Shown: positions 13,292 to 28,319 of the stretch, in pieces
Layout of the letters: every line of letters begins with the position of its first letter
How positions within the stretch are numbered: the stretch's first letter is position 1
Assembly: GCA_022813965.1 (NCBI GenBank)
Contig: JALDZS010000108.1
Span: 1-64,000 of the forward strand
Direction: 5' to 3'
Origin: Toensbergia leucococca
Taxonomy: Eukaryota
Length of the DNA: 64,000 nucleotides
Program-made: the position numbers and the translations under genes
Notes under the pieces: generated by a model
Database searches by the model: none
The model's input: only the letters and a program-made list of their open reading frames with translations
Told to the model about the DNA's origin: nothing

Positions 13292-13992
13292 TAAAGCCTT
13301 TGTAGAACTTCAAATCAAACAAATCCATCAGTAGATTCTGTGAGACAAGCGACTCATAACGTAGTAATTTCAAGCCCAGCCACTACTCAACCCACTATTA
13401 TCAACCCTCAATTCCCCTTCCTTTTCAAAGCAGGTTAAAATGGAAAAAATAAGTGAAAACCAATCTGGGTAGCTTATCTATGTACTCCTCAAAGCAATCC
13501 TCACATATTCATACACATACTAGTCATGCAAAGAAAGAAAAGAAAAAAAATCATTCAGACTCAACTCAACTCTACCCTCATCCCTTTCTCATCCCTTCCT
13601 CACACATCTGATCTTCACATACTCAATTCTCCCTTTTTTTCAAAAAAAAATTGAAACAGGGCTTCTGAAATGAAATGAACCTCACTACCTTTTTTAATAT
13701 TGAAGAAACATGAATGCAGGTGAGGAGTTGTAGTGTCATATGTTGTGTGTTGATGTTTGTGTGTTTCATTAATCTGTGCGTGTTTATATATGTGTATGTG
13801 TGTTTGTATGTGTGATATGTGTTTTAAAATGAGTGAGTAAGAGACAAAAGAAAAGGAACATATTTAACGTCACAGAGAAAACAAAAACATCAAACTACCT
13901 ACCTAAAGAAGAAATGAAAGAAAAAAAAGAAATCAAATCTCACAATCAAAACTACAAACGAACTTACTCATGTTATCTCTTTTGAATTTGCA

Positions 13993-14019
13993 GAAGAAGA
14001 AGAAGAAGAAGAAGAAGAA
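13993..14019. repeat. (GAA)n microsatellite
   Basis: About 9 tandem GAA units. Confidence 0.85.
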
Positions 14020-14271
14020 AAGCCAAATATTCAAACAGCACACATCACAAGAAAATCAACCTAAGGTAGCTGTATTTTGCATTGAAGCATCTAGCTCTAT
14101 CTTCGCCAGATAAGGTACCTAGGCAGTGCAAAGCCCCCCTCATCTCATCAAGCAAAGCCAAGAGAAAGAACAAAAAAGCAACCCAAGCTTTTCTATCCCC
14201 CTCCACCCACCACCACAAAACCCGCTTCACAAGCAGCAAACAACAGGAAAATGACACCCCTCAAATCACAT

Positions 14272-17200
14272 CTATCCCCTATTCGGCACCAACGGCTCCA
14301 CATTCCAAATACTCTCCGCATACTCCTGAATGCAGCGATCGCTGCTGAAGAACCCCATGCGACTGACACTAGTAATGCACTTCTCAATCCAAGAATCCTG
14401 ATCCTTGTACGCCTCATCCACTAATGCGTGCGTCTTGATATAACTGTTAAAATCATCGCTGACGAGATAGTAATCGCCGTGTTCGAGAATCGAGTTTACG
14501 AGTGCCGAAAATTGGTTCTGGTCGCCAAAAGTGCCGGATTTAATTGCGTCAAAGACTTTTTCGAGGTCCGTGTCGATGGTGTGGGAGCCGTAGTTGTGGG
14601 CATGGCGGAGATCTTCCACATCTTCGGCTAGGTTGCCGAAGAGGAAGATGTTGGATTCGCCGATTTCACGAGTGATTTCAATCTAAAGGGTTTTTTATTC
14701 AGGGGCTGAGAATATAAAGGGATGGGAGGGGAGAGACTTACGTTGGCGCCATCGCATGTTCCAATAATTAGACCTCCGTTCAAGACGAATTTCATGTTGC
14801 TTGTGCCGCTAGCTTCGGTGCCTGCTGTTGAAATGTGCTCGCTGAGATCGGAGGCCGGGGTGATGATTTCGGCCTTGCTGACGTTGTAGTCTTCCATGAA
14901 GATAACCTTTAGTAGGTCACCAACGTCCTTGTCATTGTTGACAACCTTGCCAACGCTATTCACGAGATGAATGACGGTCTTCGCCATCCAGTAGCCTGGA
15001 GCGGCCTTGCCTCCAAAGATTGAAACCCTTGGAGCAAGCTTCTTACGTTCTTCGTCACTCATGGCTTTGATGGTCAGGTATCGATGAATAACACCAAAAA
15101 TATTCAGCTGTTGTCGCTTGTACTCATGTATACGCTTGACTTGGATATCGAAAAGGGCTTTCGGATTCACGCTGACGCCAGTCGTTTGCTGGATATTCTG
15201 AGCTAATCGAACCTTATTAGCGTACTTGATTTCCTGCCACTCCTTCTTAAATTGCTTGTCGTCGACATAACTCTCAAGCTTGTTCAACAGATTGAGATCC
15301 TTGAGAAACTCGTAGCCACCAAGCTTCGATGCAATCAAGTCAGACAGACGTGGATTTGCTTGATGCAGCCATCTTCGAGGGGTGATACCATTCGTTACAT
15401 TTGTGAACTTATCAGGACCGTATATTTTAACAAAGTCCTTGAGAATGGTGGTCTTGATAAGATCAGAATGAAGTTCGGCAACACCATTGACCTTGTGACT
15501 TCCGATTGTTGCCAAAAAGGCCATTCTCACCATCTTCGGCTGTGATTCTTCGATTATGGAAACCCGCCCAAGTAAGTCGCGGTCCCTTGGAAATTTCCGT
15601 TCCACTGATTGAAGGAACTCCATGTTAATCTCATAGATGATCTGAAGATGTCGGGGAAGAAGATTCTGCATCAAAGGAACCGACCATTTCTCTAAAGCTT
15701 CCGGCATAACGGTGTGATTGGTATATCCGAAAGTGTTGGTGACAATGTTCCATGCCTCATCCCAATCAAGACCTTCGAGGTCGATCAGGATACGTTGTAG
15801 CTCAACAATGGCAAGTGTAGGATGGGTATCGTTAAGTTGGATGGCCACCTGCTCTGAAAATGTCGACCAAGCTTTTTTCGACTTCTTGAAACGACGAACA
15901 ATATCAAACAGAGAAGCAGCACACCAAAAGTATTGCTGCTTCAACCGTAATTCCTTCCCGCTGTCCATGTTGTCATTTGGGTAAAGAACGGCCGAAATGG
16001 TCTCTGCGCGTTGCTGATCTGCAACAGAACTCTCGTACTCGCCAGCGTTGAATTTTTGGAAATCAAACTCGCCACTTGCAGCTTTACTGGACCACAGACG
16101 TAAATTGTTCGTTGTTGGGGTTTCGTATCCGGGAATAGGGACGTCAAAAGCAACAGCGTCGACGATTTCTCCGCCTTCCCAAACCGCAACAGTCTTGCCA
16201 TCTTCATCCCTAAATTCGATCAGTATTAAGAACAGACCATAGTACGCGGACTGTACTGACTCGTATTTTCTGACATGGCCGTAGAATTGAATGTCGACGG
16301 TAATATCATGCCTAGGGAATTCCCAAGGGTTGAAATCAAGCCAGTAATCCGGAATCTCTACCTGATATCCGTTTACGATTTCTTGTTTGAAAATACCATA
16401 TCTGTAACGAAGACCGTATCCCCAAGCAGGATAATTGAGAGACGCGAGACTATCAAGATAGCACGCAGCGAGCCGTCCGAGACCGCCGTTACCCAGTGCT
16501 GCATCGTGCTCTTGGGAAATGACATCTTCAATCCGGAAGCCCAAGTCCGAGAGCCCCTCTTGGATATGATATTAGCAGGATAAGCCGTCAGGCTGTGATG
16601 AAGACTTCACCTACCTCTTGCAATATCTTTCAATCCAACATTCAGCATTGCGTTGTCTAAAGCTCTGCCCATCAGAAATTCGAGAGATAGATCTGTACCA
16701 AGGGTCAACTACGATAATGCAGGAAGCTGTATACTTCAACATACAGTAGACACGCTTCTGATCTGCAAATGTCTGTCGCTGTTGTGTCTTGTTCCATTCT
16801 ATTACCAATCGATCACGGAAAGCCAAAGAAGTCCCTGCATATGCGGCTCTGTGATTTTGTAAGAAGGTGTCTAGGAGACGTGGGCCAGCAGGTCTGCTCA
16901 CAGCTCATCGCAATTGAACAAGGAACGAGCGAGGGTGGTCTCTATATGGCGGACCGTTTCTCTCTACGGCCGGCAATCAGCAATCAACTTGGCACCCCAG
17001 TATTTCTGAGCTCACCTCAAAGTCTTCCTTGGTTGTAAATTCTCTGGCGGACTTTGAGAGACTGTCAGTTGGGTTGGTGTATCTTAATGCTCTATCATAA
17101 GACATACGTATTTTTTCCACCTATATTCACCATGTCAGCTCCAGAAAGATGATGAAATGGGTTTAGACTTACGCATCTCTCTGAGATTCCGGGACACTGG

Positions 17201-17345
17201 CCTCGACACTCTTTATTTCTCCTGGACCGAAGCCAGTAGCTGTACGTTTGTGTTTAGGTCTGGTAAAGCCAGGGCCAACAGGTCCTTGAATGTCAGACAC
17301 CGGGGCACTGGTGGAGGGTCTCCGTTCTCGAGTTTGAGTGGCCAT
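14272..17345 (-). CDS. GPH1: Glycogen phosphorylase
   Basis: DAALGNGGLGRLAAC, QLNDTHP, NGITPRRW, QVKRIHEYKRQ and the PLP lysine motif EASGTSNMK. N-terminal HKRTATG phosphorylation site. 13-nt micro-exon at 17108-17120. Confidence 0.97.
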
Positions 17346-17547
17346 TGTCAATTGAGTAATGTCAATTCAGGGAATTCGATAGATGTCTGGGTTCAATTGA
17401 GAGGACAGCTGCCTATGTGCTCAAAGATGGAGGTAAGGACAGGTGGGAAATGTTGAGGAAAGCCAGGTGGTTTTTCACACTAGAATGCTAGAGCAAAACT
17501 GCGGCACTGTGCGGACGTGAGGTTAGAGGCGGGTTTAGAGTAGATGC

Positions 17548-17618
17548 AGGGGTCTGGCAAGGTGGGCGAGGTGGCGAGGTGGGGTGTGGGTGCCTCGGGA
17601 GCTTAGGTAGGTGTGGGG
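17548..17618. promoter_or_regulatory. Possible STRE (AGGGG) and CreA-type (SYGGRG) sites upstream of GPH1
   Basis: AGGGG at 17548-17552 and GTGGGG at about 17579 and 17613, 200-270 nt upstream of the ATG. These are short motifs and may occur by chance. Confidence 0.3.
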
Positions 17619-18593
17619 AGATTCAGCTTCTAGATTGGTAGGGATTGAGTCGAGTACAGATATCGAGCTTCTTCCTCGCCTCAACTCTCGGCACTAAGCT
17701 ATGTATTACACATGCTGGGGTATGAAGGACATTCTCAAGTGGAACAAGTGAAATCATGGAAGTATTGTATGGGTACTTCGCGGGGTCCTCTTACTATGGC
17801 CCACAGTTCCTTGGCTTCGACAACATCAGGGTAAAGCGGATAAATACCAGCAAGATGTCAACCTCAGAAACGGCCGTACTAGCTCAATCACAGCACCAAC
17901 ATGCTGCCTATACCTTGACCTAATTGGACCGCCTATTGAGCATCATCCATATATCATGCCTCTGCACCAAAGCTCTCACCTGTGCTATTGTATTTTCAGA
18001 AGACAAACTAGAAGCAAGCGTGACTACAAGTATATGCCTCATCCATTTTTTAACATCCATCTCACTCTCCCATGCCATGGCCACCCAATCTGACAGCCTC
18101 TCTAATCAATATCCATTGCATTTTCAAACACAGCGTTTCAGAAACATCCAAGCCCAACATCATACGCCACTCCAACCAACCCTTCCTCGATTACCAAACT
18201 AACACGTGGCACCATACCTCAATACCTTTCCAAAAGTACAGGCAACATTACAAATCGCAGATTTGAAAGGTAAAATCCAATTTTCGAGCCGTAGAAAAGA
18301 CGTATATTGGAGAAATAAAGACCCATTGGGCAGAACCCATGCATTGAGCCAGACTTTTCTACAATTCACAAGACGTGACGAGCATTAGGATTGATACTCA
18401 TCCCGCTACCAACCCAGACTCCATTTGACCCTTTCAAAAATCAACAATGCGATAATGACAACTCATCAACATATGGATATAAGGTAACGAGCAAGACGTA
18501 TGTAACGGAACATCAATAAAGCTTAGGACCATGTCGGCAGATATATACAGAGGGATCGCCCATTTTCGATGTGGCGACCAAAGAAAGAAGTGC

Positions 18594-19958
18594 TCACAGT
18601 ATGCCCGAGTCTGCAAGAGCATTGTGTAGGATTGTGTCTTTGACCGCAGCAAATACCAACCGGATGTTGGATGTGTCAGTCGCTTGTGTGAGACTTGAAA
18701 ACACGTCAGCTGGAAATGTATGGATTCGGAGGCTGTCCTCGGCACTTACTGAGGGTATAAATTCAAGTGTGCTCGATTGACCTGATTGAATCGCCAGAGA
18801 AGATACTTCGCCGCCCGATTGACATCATCACCTCCTGAGTAATCCGGAAAATAATTTCCCAGGGGAGATCGTCCTAGTTTCAACTTGAAGAGATCGACCT
18901 TGTTGAGGAACAGGATAATGCTGGTTCTCATGAACCATCTTGAGTTCACAACAGAGTCAAACAGGACCAGGCTTTCCATCATTCGGTTCTACAGCAAATG
19001 TTAAGGAAGAAAAAGCTGTGATAATTGGTAAAATCCATACCTGATTGCTCTCTTCTAACAGCACTTGATCGTACTCACTAAGAGCCACACAAAAGATGAT
19101 GGATGTAACGTTCTCGAAGCAATGTATCCACTTTTTCCGTTCACTCCGTTGACCGCCTACATCAAACATGCTGCAAGGGTTTCGTTAGTGAGATTTGCAA
19201 AACACAACCTACAGGAACCGTACTGTATGCTTAATTGCCCCATTGAGAACCGAGTTTCATAGATACCTGTAGTCTTTGTTCGAGCCCTTAGAACATCTGC
19301 CTCTACCGGTATATAGTCGGATGAAGCAATCCGTAAAGCCTCGTCAAAGAAACTAAAACAGGTATCAATAGTCAATACCACTCCACACATTCAGACTTAG
19401 GGCAAAACATACTATGGTGCAGAATCCATGAGGTAGAATTCACTTTGGTGATCCATGACCGCTGCAATGCTAGCGTCTTTCCAAATAGATACAACGGCAG
19501 CACCAGCTCTTGGATCGAGGGGCATATGTGGATCTGGATCAACTTGATATTCCAGCAAGTAATCCCCATATTGGTTATTCTCCGGGTTCCCGGGCTCAAT
19601 CTCGAATTGCCGCATAGCTCCTATCAAGGCTTTCGCACAATCTATAAGGTTTTTGTATACAGTCAAGCGATATAGCGCCAGCTCATCCACCGTATAGCCA
19701 TTTTGATGTATAATCTTCATTTGCTTCACTATCGTAGACTTTCCACTTTCGCCGGAGCCTGTATTGTGTGGTGTTAGTGTCCAAACTCCAAAAAGGCAGT
19801 ATAAACGATTATCAACGCAACAGTGACTTACCAAGCAAAAGTATTTTGCATTCTTTCTTCAATCTCCTCGAATCTTCTTCGAGCTTTGCATCTATTATTC
19901 GGCTTCTTTTCTTCTGATCTTCCTCGCCGCTATCGGCTGAGCTCATACAGGCACCCAT
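18594..19958 (-). CDS. ganB: Heterotrimeric G-protein alpha subunit, fungal group III (GanB/GpaB/GNA-3 type)
   Basis: MGACMS (myristoylation/palmitoylation), [47 protein letters not shown]; ends in DSGIL. Confidence 0.93.
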
Positions 19959-22791
19959 CATGACAAAGCGGAAAGTATCCAAGCTACTCAAGGCGTTGGG
20001 CTGTCTTGGCTGTCCTTGATCGACAAAACGACAAAATCCCTCCCAAGCCAAGAACTTCTAACACGCACTGATATCCAATACTAAGCCAGAGTCGTGGATA
20101 GTGCAATAAAACTGGAGCAATTACAATGCTCGAGATAAGCGTGGATGAGGAGTCGAAAGGCAAGTGTAAGATATAGGATTGCACCCAAAACAAGAGGCGT
20201 TACTGCGCACGACGTTTTCGATCGGACGAGCAATAGCCAATCAACAAGCACTTTGAACAGGAGGTCGGTAGTGTGTAGTCAAGCGACGAGAGGAAGCTGC
20301 TGTTTGAAATGTCGAAAGGGGTTGAGCTTTGGAAGTGGCGTCGATGAGCAGCAAGGTATATTGGTGAGTGTACTTGGTTCCTGCTAAGCGTGACTACAGT
20401 TTGCAATAGTCAGCACAGACATGTCGGAAGAGTGTTTGCACGGGATAACGTCGAGGGTTCCGTGAGGAGTCGCGATCAGGCAGGTAGGGCGATTCAGCGA
20501 ACCTCCGAGGCATGAGTGGTAGTGGAGGTCTCCGGGGGTGGTTTAGAAGGAAATAGAATACTCACCTCAGTCATGCAAAGCGCGGAGACATGACGCTTCA
20601 AGAGGCGCGTCAACGATGGATGATGGCGGGGAGGAATGTGACGTCGAAAGAAGGGTAGAATAAGCAGGAAAGGATGTCGAGAGCGGGCAAGGCGGGCAAT
20701 TCGTTGATGCTTGGCCGAAGGCAAAAGTCCGGCAGACCTCGCGTGGATTTCTTTGAATACCAAACACCCTTGCTGCGATCCAGGGTTGCAGTTGCAGATT
20801 CGTCAATATCTAGATATTTCGCAATCCCGAGGCTGAGAGTTGCTAGGCATGATTGGCATGAGGGCCAGATTTAATGGATTACAGTCATTTACTGTTGATG
20901 AACCTTCATGTAAGATGGAATAATACCGAAGTAACCCTTCTCAGTCATTTCATTGGCAAAGCTTTGATCGTAAAATACGAGGGTATTTCTCCGGACTTGC
21001 CCGAACCACTAAGGTAAGAGCTTTGGCTTCACTAGGGTTTATAATGTTAAAATCCCCTAAATTCCTTATATAAACCCCTCATCTACTGCCACACTCACCA
21101 AAAGACAGCAATTGACTGCCTATTGAACAAGCTCGTGCACCGAGAGAATACTGCCACAACTCGCATTGAAATGTTGAGCAAGCATTGCATACGCATTGAT
21201 AACACTGAAAACCCAATTCGACGGCGTGGCTAAGAATAGACTCTCATAACACCCATGGTGCAGCAGTGTAGGAGTCCGAGGGACCTCCACGACGGTTCAC
21301 TCGGAACCTTGGCCGAAATGCTAATGCTCTGAGCAAACGAATGGACCGCTTCAAGCGAGCGGCTCTTGAAGCACATGAATACCTAACGGATGTAATCCGA
21401 CCCTAAGCTAAGAGAGATTCATGAGTTGTGGCTCAATCTTTCCGGTGAAAAGTACTTTGAATCTGCAAGGAATACAATGATACATTGACAAGTTTTTCCC
21501 ATGGAAATTTCGGATTGATTTCTCTTTAGGCTTGCCTCATCCTCTCGAATACGATTCTTCCTTGACTCGAGATCATGGCTTGGATGATCTCTAAATGTGC
21601 TTTCATAGGCATCTGTAGATGGCAGGTAGGTCGAGGAACCTGAAAGACGTTGCTTACTTATGATTTAAACAGATACTCATTTACAAACCTGGTTGACTAA
21701 CCATAGTACCAATACTGGCCTCTGTGGCGTGTCGCTATTCAACCTGGCAGCGTTTCATCTCACCCACAGTCAACTGTCCAGCTCCTACTCACGCTATGGA
21801 TTCTCTAATGATCGTAGGCTTTGTCAATTACATGATAAGATGATCAATATTAAGGGAACGGTTTGGCGATAAAGTTCGTCGCACTAAATGATTGGTATAG
21901 TCATACAAGATACCATGAAACGATGCAGCGAGGCAGGAGTGCATATAATTTCATCGTCACAAATTGCAAGATACTGATCTTCTTTGTAGCTTTGAGACGG
22001 GTGCTGGTGGCTCCACGGTGTTGAATACCAGATCATTGGCAAAGACTTAGGTCAGGTTCTGGCTTCACAAAAAATGTTCAATCCGTCTTTTGAGCATTAT
22101 CTTCAGCGTTCCCACGCGAAATCCAGTCTTTGCGTTCCCCCCTACCGATAGGGAAATACAGCAAATTGCAAGCTCTCAATCTCTTGACTGACTCATGTGA
22201 TTACTAAGGAGACAAGTAGCGAATGGGTGTTGAGGCTGGCGTATGTCCGCGAATTCATGCCTGAAATTAAGCTTCATTGTATCTCCTTTCTTTTCCTTGA
22301 ATTCTATAGAAAGCCCAATTTACCCCAACGGCTGTGCTATGCTCACAATGATGCGTGTGGAATTAGTTGAATCAGGTCCCTTTTAGTTGTGTAAATACTC
22401 ATACAAGATAGGCTTATATTAACAAAGACTGTCTCAGGGTCTTAGGCAGATAGTAGAAGAGAATCAGCAGAAGACATGAATGACTAGATGGAGCTCTAGT
22501 AGTGTTGAAAAAGAGGTATTGTGAAGTTTCCAAGTCACAGACAGATTTTATCTGCAGGGTCTCCAAAGAAACCAAGAATCTACCGATCAACATACTCAAG
22601 GGCAAGGTAAGGGAAAAAAAGGAAAAAAAGAAATTTTAGGACGGAGTTTTCAAAGTAAAATTTCTTTTCCCATGAGCATCTCTCAAGCTAAATTTGCTTC
22701 ACGAAAACAGTTGATATATGGGTTGAAGCAGGATTGAATGAAATTCTTGCTTGGAAGCGACAATGCAATGCTACCTACCCAGGTATTTTAG

Positions 22792-22798
22792 TGACGTA
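22792..22798 (+). promoter_or_regulatory. CRE-like TGACGTA element upstream of HOG1
   Basis: gtgacgtagg about 360 nt upstream of the ATG; matches the ATF/CREB-type core. Confidence 0.25.
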
Positions 22799-23157
22799 GG
22801 ACAACTTGACATGATGGGATCACGAGACGCTGAAAACAAGGCTTGGCTTCTCCTGAATACGAGGGAGCCGGTTAACCTTCCGGTGTAACAATCATCAATC
22901 ATCTTCTTTGCTTTCCAGGTTGACTGTCATGGGGATTTAAGCATTCTGGTTTAGTCGATCACCGGCGATCGTTGCTAGCGTCAGACAAAGAAATCAGGTA
23001 CGGAGCAACAAGGCAAGATCACCGGCCTAGAACCGACAGCCGTACCTCGACCACGCACTTCGACACTCTCCATACCTACAGACTCCCTCCTCTAAGCTCG
23101 ACACTCTCCGCTCTCCGCAATCTCCCTGTCCCCCTCGTCTAGCCCCGCTTTGCAAGC

Positions 23158-24668
<1,511 letters not shown>

Positions 24669-25152
24669 AGGTGTTGATGCCCTATTCTGTTATCTCTTTG
24701 TATTCCATTAGCATCCGAGTGCTTTCCAGGTCACGACTGGATTTGTTTTATGGGTCAAAATCGACAGGTTCCTCTACGCTGTCAGGGGCAGCAGACGACG
24801 TCATGCCCTCTGCTTGGTCTTCTTGTGTGCCTTATCAAGCGTTGATCGGCTCGATGGTGGAAGTGAGAATAGAGATTGTGTTATACCCTTGTCTTATAGA
24901 AGATTTGGATGATACCAATAAAATCGATAAATTGGTCTACTTGGTGAGTATCGTGTATCGTGTACGGAACCCCGTATCGAGTCTCGATTTCCGTACGGAG
25001 TATCCGTATTAGGCATGGTGTATCGTGTATCGTAGGGCTGTAACTTCCAGACGCATCATCATTGTCCTGTACCCGTTTAACATTTACCCTACATGTCAGT
25101 CATGAGCAGTGCGTAATACAAATGGAAATGTTGGCAGAACTGCCCCTACGAC

Positions 25153-27604
25153 ATGGCATTTGTGAGCACCTTTGCGCCTCTTGTCTGCATTGTGGCCTTC
25201 CATCATGCGAGGTAATGTTCTTTCGGGGCAATACATGAGGACAAGGCTGAGAAACGGCAGGGGCCCGGAGATAGAGAGCTGGTTTGGCGTCGAAGGAGGC
25301 AGTGATCCTGCAGTAGACAATGACTGGTCTTTTCTCCCATTCATGGCCTTGTCCGATGGCTCCCACGCGTAAGACTGATCTGCGTCGTGATCAGGCCAAT
25401 ATTGACTGCCAGCTAGATCCACCGAGGACTTTTCCTATTTTACCCTTCGCCAACGACGGACCGACGTGCACCCAACTTCATCCGTCTTCGGTATATCATG
25501 TACAAGGCAGATGGATGCTGGCGAGCTGTTGTATAGACCTGCAGATGTCACGAGAAGCACAGTGCAGAAGGCTGTCGTCGTTGTTGCCGACAACCCACAA
25601 TATTTTGGCCAGCTGAGAGAGAAGCTTTCGATAGTCACCAGAGCATGGTTCGCGCAGAGGTAGAGATCAAGACCTGGGCTCTAGCGAGGGGGGAAAAAGC
25701 TGATGGCGGTCCAGAGATTTCTCCGACGTGGACATACTGAAGGTTGGTGAGTCAGATTGGAAGCTCCGTATGGGCCATGGCTTACGAGAATAGAAATTCC
25801 AAGAAAGTCTTGCAAAAAGTCTGCAGGATACAGAGGATGATCGAGATCAGTATCTTGGTAAATATCCCAAACGTGCTCGAGTAGAGGTCAATATTCATTT
25901 ACCATCACAGGCATTCCACTACGAGAACTCATACACGAGTACAAACATTTGACCTTGGTTCTATTCAAATGCTGTTTGCTACAACCCAAGGTACTAAAAC
26001 CTGATTGAATGTCTCGAGGACATTTGTTCACCATGGTAGATGCTCTTTTTCGGCTCTCGATGCGAGCGACTATGCATGATGCAATTCTCTTTGATCTCGT
26101 TGATACCTGGTCTTTTGAGAAGACTGGAAGATTGTGCAGATCCGGAATTGGATAGCTATGAGAAGAACCTGGTCATGCCAACATCTCTCAAGACAAGTGA
26201 AAGGAGCTCTTGTATGGACTATGCTATGATATCTGGGTATCTGGCTGATGGCAAATAGTACTCTCGTATATGGGGCTACCCCTTCAGCTGTATGTAAATT
26301 AGTAGCACGAGGTCGTCAAGGCTAAACAAGCTAAATGCTCGATATTTAGTTTCGGCAAGGTAGGCTGTTATCCTTTCATGCTTTTCAGAGCAGCAGCTAG
26401 AAGTTGACGGACTATAGGGTAGTCTCTTGGGACCTTACACACCATTGCAGCAACTCGACATATTGGCCGACTACGGAACAAAGTCATACATAGTCGGATC
26501 CACCAATTCGCTCCTCCTGCAGCAAAAAGACCGCTATAGTGACATTTTGATTAATGTATAAAAGGCTTCTTCATCTCACAAACAAGAAGCCTGAACTAAC
26601 AGTCCCAGCTCGACGAAAGCTCCATAAGCATAACCTCGCCCTCCCTACGCAATGCCCTAACGCTCTCACCTGCCGACCGCCGCTGGATCGATTTTCTCAC
26701 CGTCACCGTCTCCGACACTTGGGACGAGAGAAATCCCAGCCAACCCAAAAGCTACGGCTACCTCGGCTCTGAAGAATTCATCCGCCTCCAATTCGAAGAA
26801 TACCTCTTGGCCCTTCTCTCCTCCGTAAAGTACAACCTCTACTTGAACTCACATCCCTCCCCCATCCCTCTCCCAAATATCGAAGGCGATCCCTCCATCG
26901 ACTTCAATCCAGACTGGGTGCAAGCTTGGCGGCAAACCTCTTCCTTTGCCCTCTTCGCTTCTCACACCGATTCCCACCTCTTCGACATCGTCGAACCCCG
27001 CCACCCCACAGCCGGTACTCTAAGCCTCGACGATATCCAGCGCCGCGTGTCCCTCCAAATCCAATCTCTACATCTCGATGAGCGCTTCGCCTCGAGCAAA
27101 GACCTGCTGGGCAAACATCTCGCCACTGGCCAAAAGAAGGTTACGTCAGTTTTCAACACCGTCTGGGCCGACATCGAAGACTTTCAGCGCCGACGAGGCG
27201 AAGAGCAGAAATCTATCGCCGCTCAGACTGCCGACTCCACCGCTTCTTCACCCCCACCTACCCGCTTTCCCCGCCCCCCGGACCTCTCCCTTGCCCAAGC
27301 CTCCGTCACAGCTGCGGGCCACAAAGCTGGCGCATACATTTCCTCGTGGGGTACCTGGGCCTCGGAACGAAGGAAAGGGTGGGGGCGAAACGAGAATGAT
27401 CCGGTGGCGGTAGTGACGGGGAAGGTGGGCGATGGCGCTGGGATGTGGAAGGTGAGGGAGGGGGAAGAGGGTGTTGGGAGGAGCAGGGATTGGGGAAAGG
27501 TTGTTGAGGGGGAGAGGGAGAGGAAAAGTCCTGCTGGAAAAGATTTGTCGAGGGGGAGGAGGGAGGAGAGGGGTGGTGATGGGATTGGGAGGTTGGATGC
27601 TTAG
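25153..27604 (+). CDS. AVL9: Late secretory pathway protein Avl9 (DENN-like)
   Basis: VAFHHARGPEIE, LPFMALSDGSHA, FGISCTRQ, VTRSTVQKAVVV, GSLLGPYTPLQQ, GSEEFIRLQFEEY; many short exons. Confidence 0.92.
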
Positions 27605-28276
27605 GCTTCGGGGGTTGGGATTGGAGGTTAGAAGGAGCGGGGTGGTGAGGATGTACAGCTCTTGTTTGTACTTTTCTTTATTCTTTCACGGGTGGATGGG
27701 TGGATGTCCTTGCGTGTGTTTTTCTGTATGCTATAATGACATGTAAAACTTTGAGTCGATTACTGTTTTTTTATAAAGGCTCCTGATAATTCAAACCCCC
27801 CCTTTTGATACATCGACACCCCCCCCTCCCCCCCTCCCAGCCTAGTACCAGGGCGCAAAATAGCATGAAGGAACCTCGCCATTCCGCACCATATCTCGAC
27901 TGGATTTTCCAGCACTATGCAAACCCATTTACTTGTTCCATTTTGCGTGCCAGGATTACCTTACCTAGGAGAGAAAAAAAACCGATGTTTTTGTAACCCA
28001 CATCCTGACCCTCGCGATATCCCTCCCACCCCCGAGGGGGGGGGGGGCGCGCAAAAAAAAACATCATGATTTTGGCCTCCATCCTGAATGCTGTAAATAG
28101 GTCCCATCATCCGCCTGAACGGGCAGCCACGATCCTCCTTCATGAACCTCACCGGTATCCTTAATTCGTCCGCCCTCGCCCTCGGCTTGGCGGCCCCGGC
28201 TCTTGGCGGTTGGGTGAAGTGCGAGGATTTTAATTTATGGACTTGGACGGTGAGAAGGGGGGAGGATGTGGCGATG

Positions 28277-28319
28277 GGGTAGATGGGTAGGTGGTAGGTG
28301 GGTAGGTGGTAGGTAGGTG
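28277..28319. repeat. Degenerate GGTAGGT-type short tandem repeat
   Basis: gggtagatgggtaggtggtaggtgggtaggtggtaggtaggtg. Confidence 0.5.

Noticed and set aside
21060..21600. Possible gene relic after a TATAAA in the G-alpha/HOG1 intergenic region
   Set aside because: Only short frames with several stops, and no family I can recognise.
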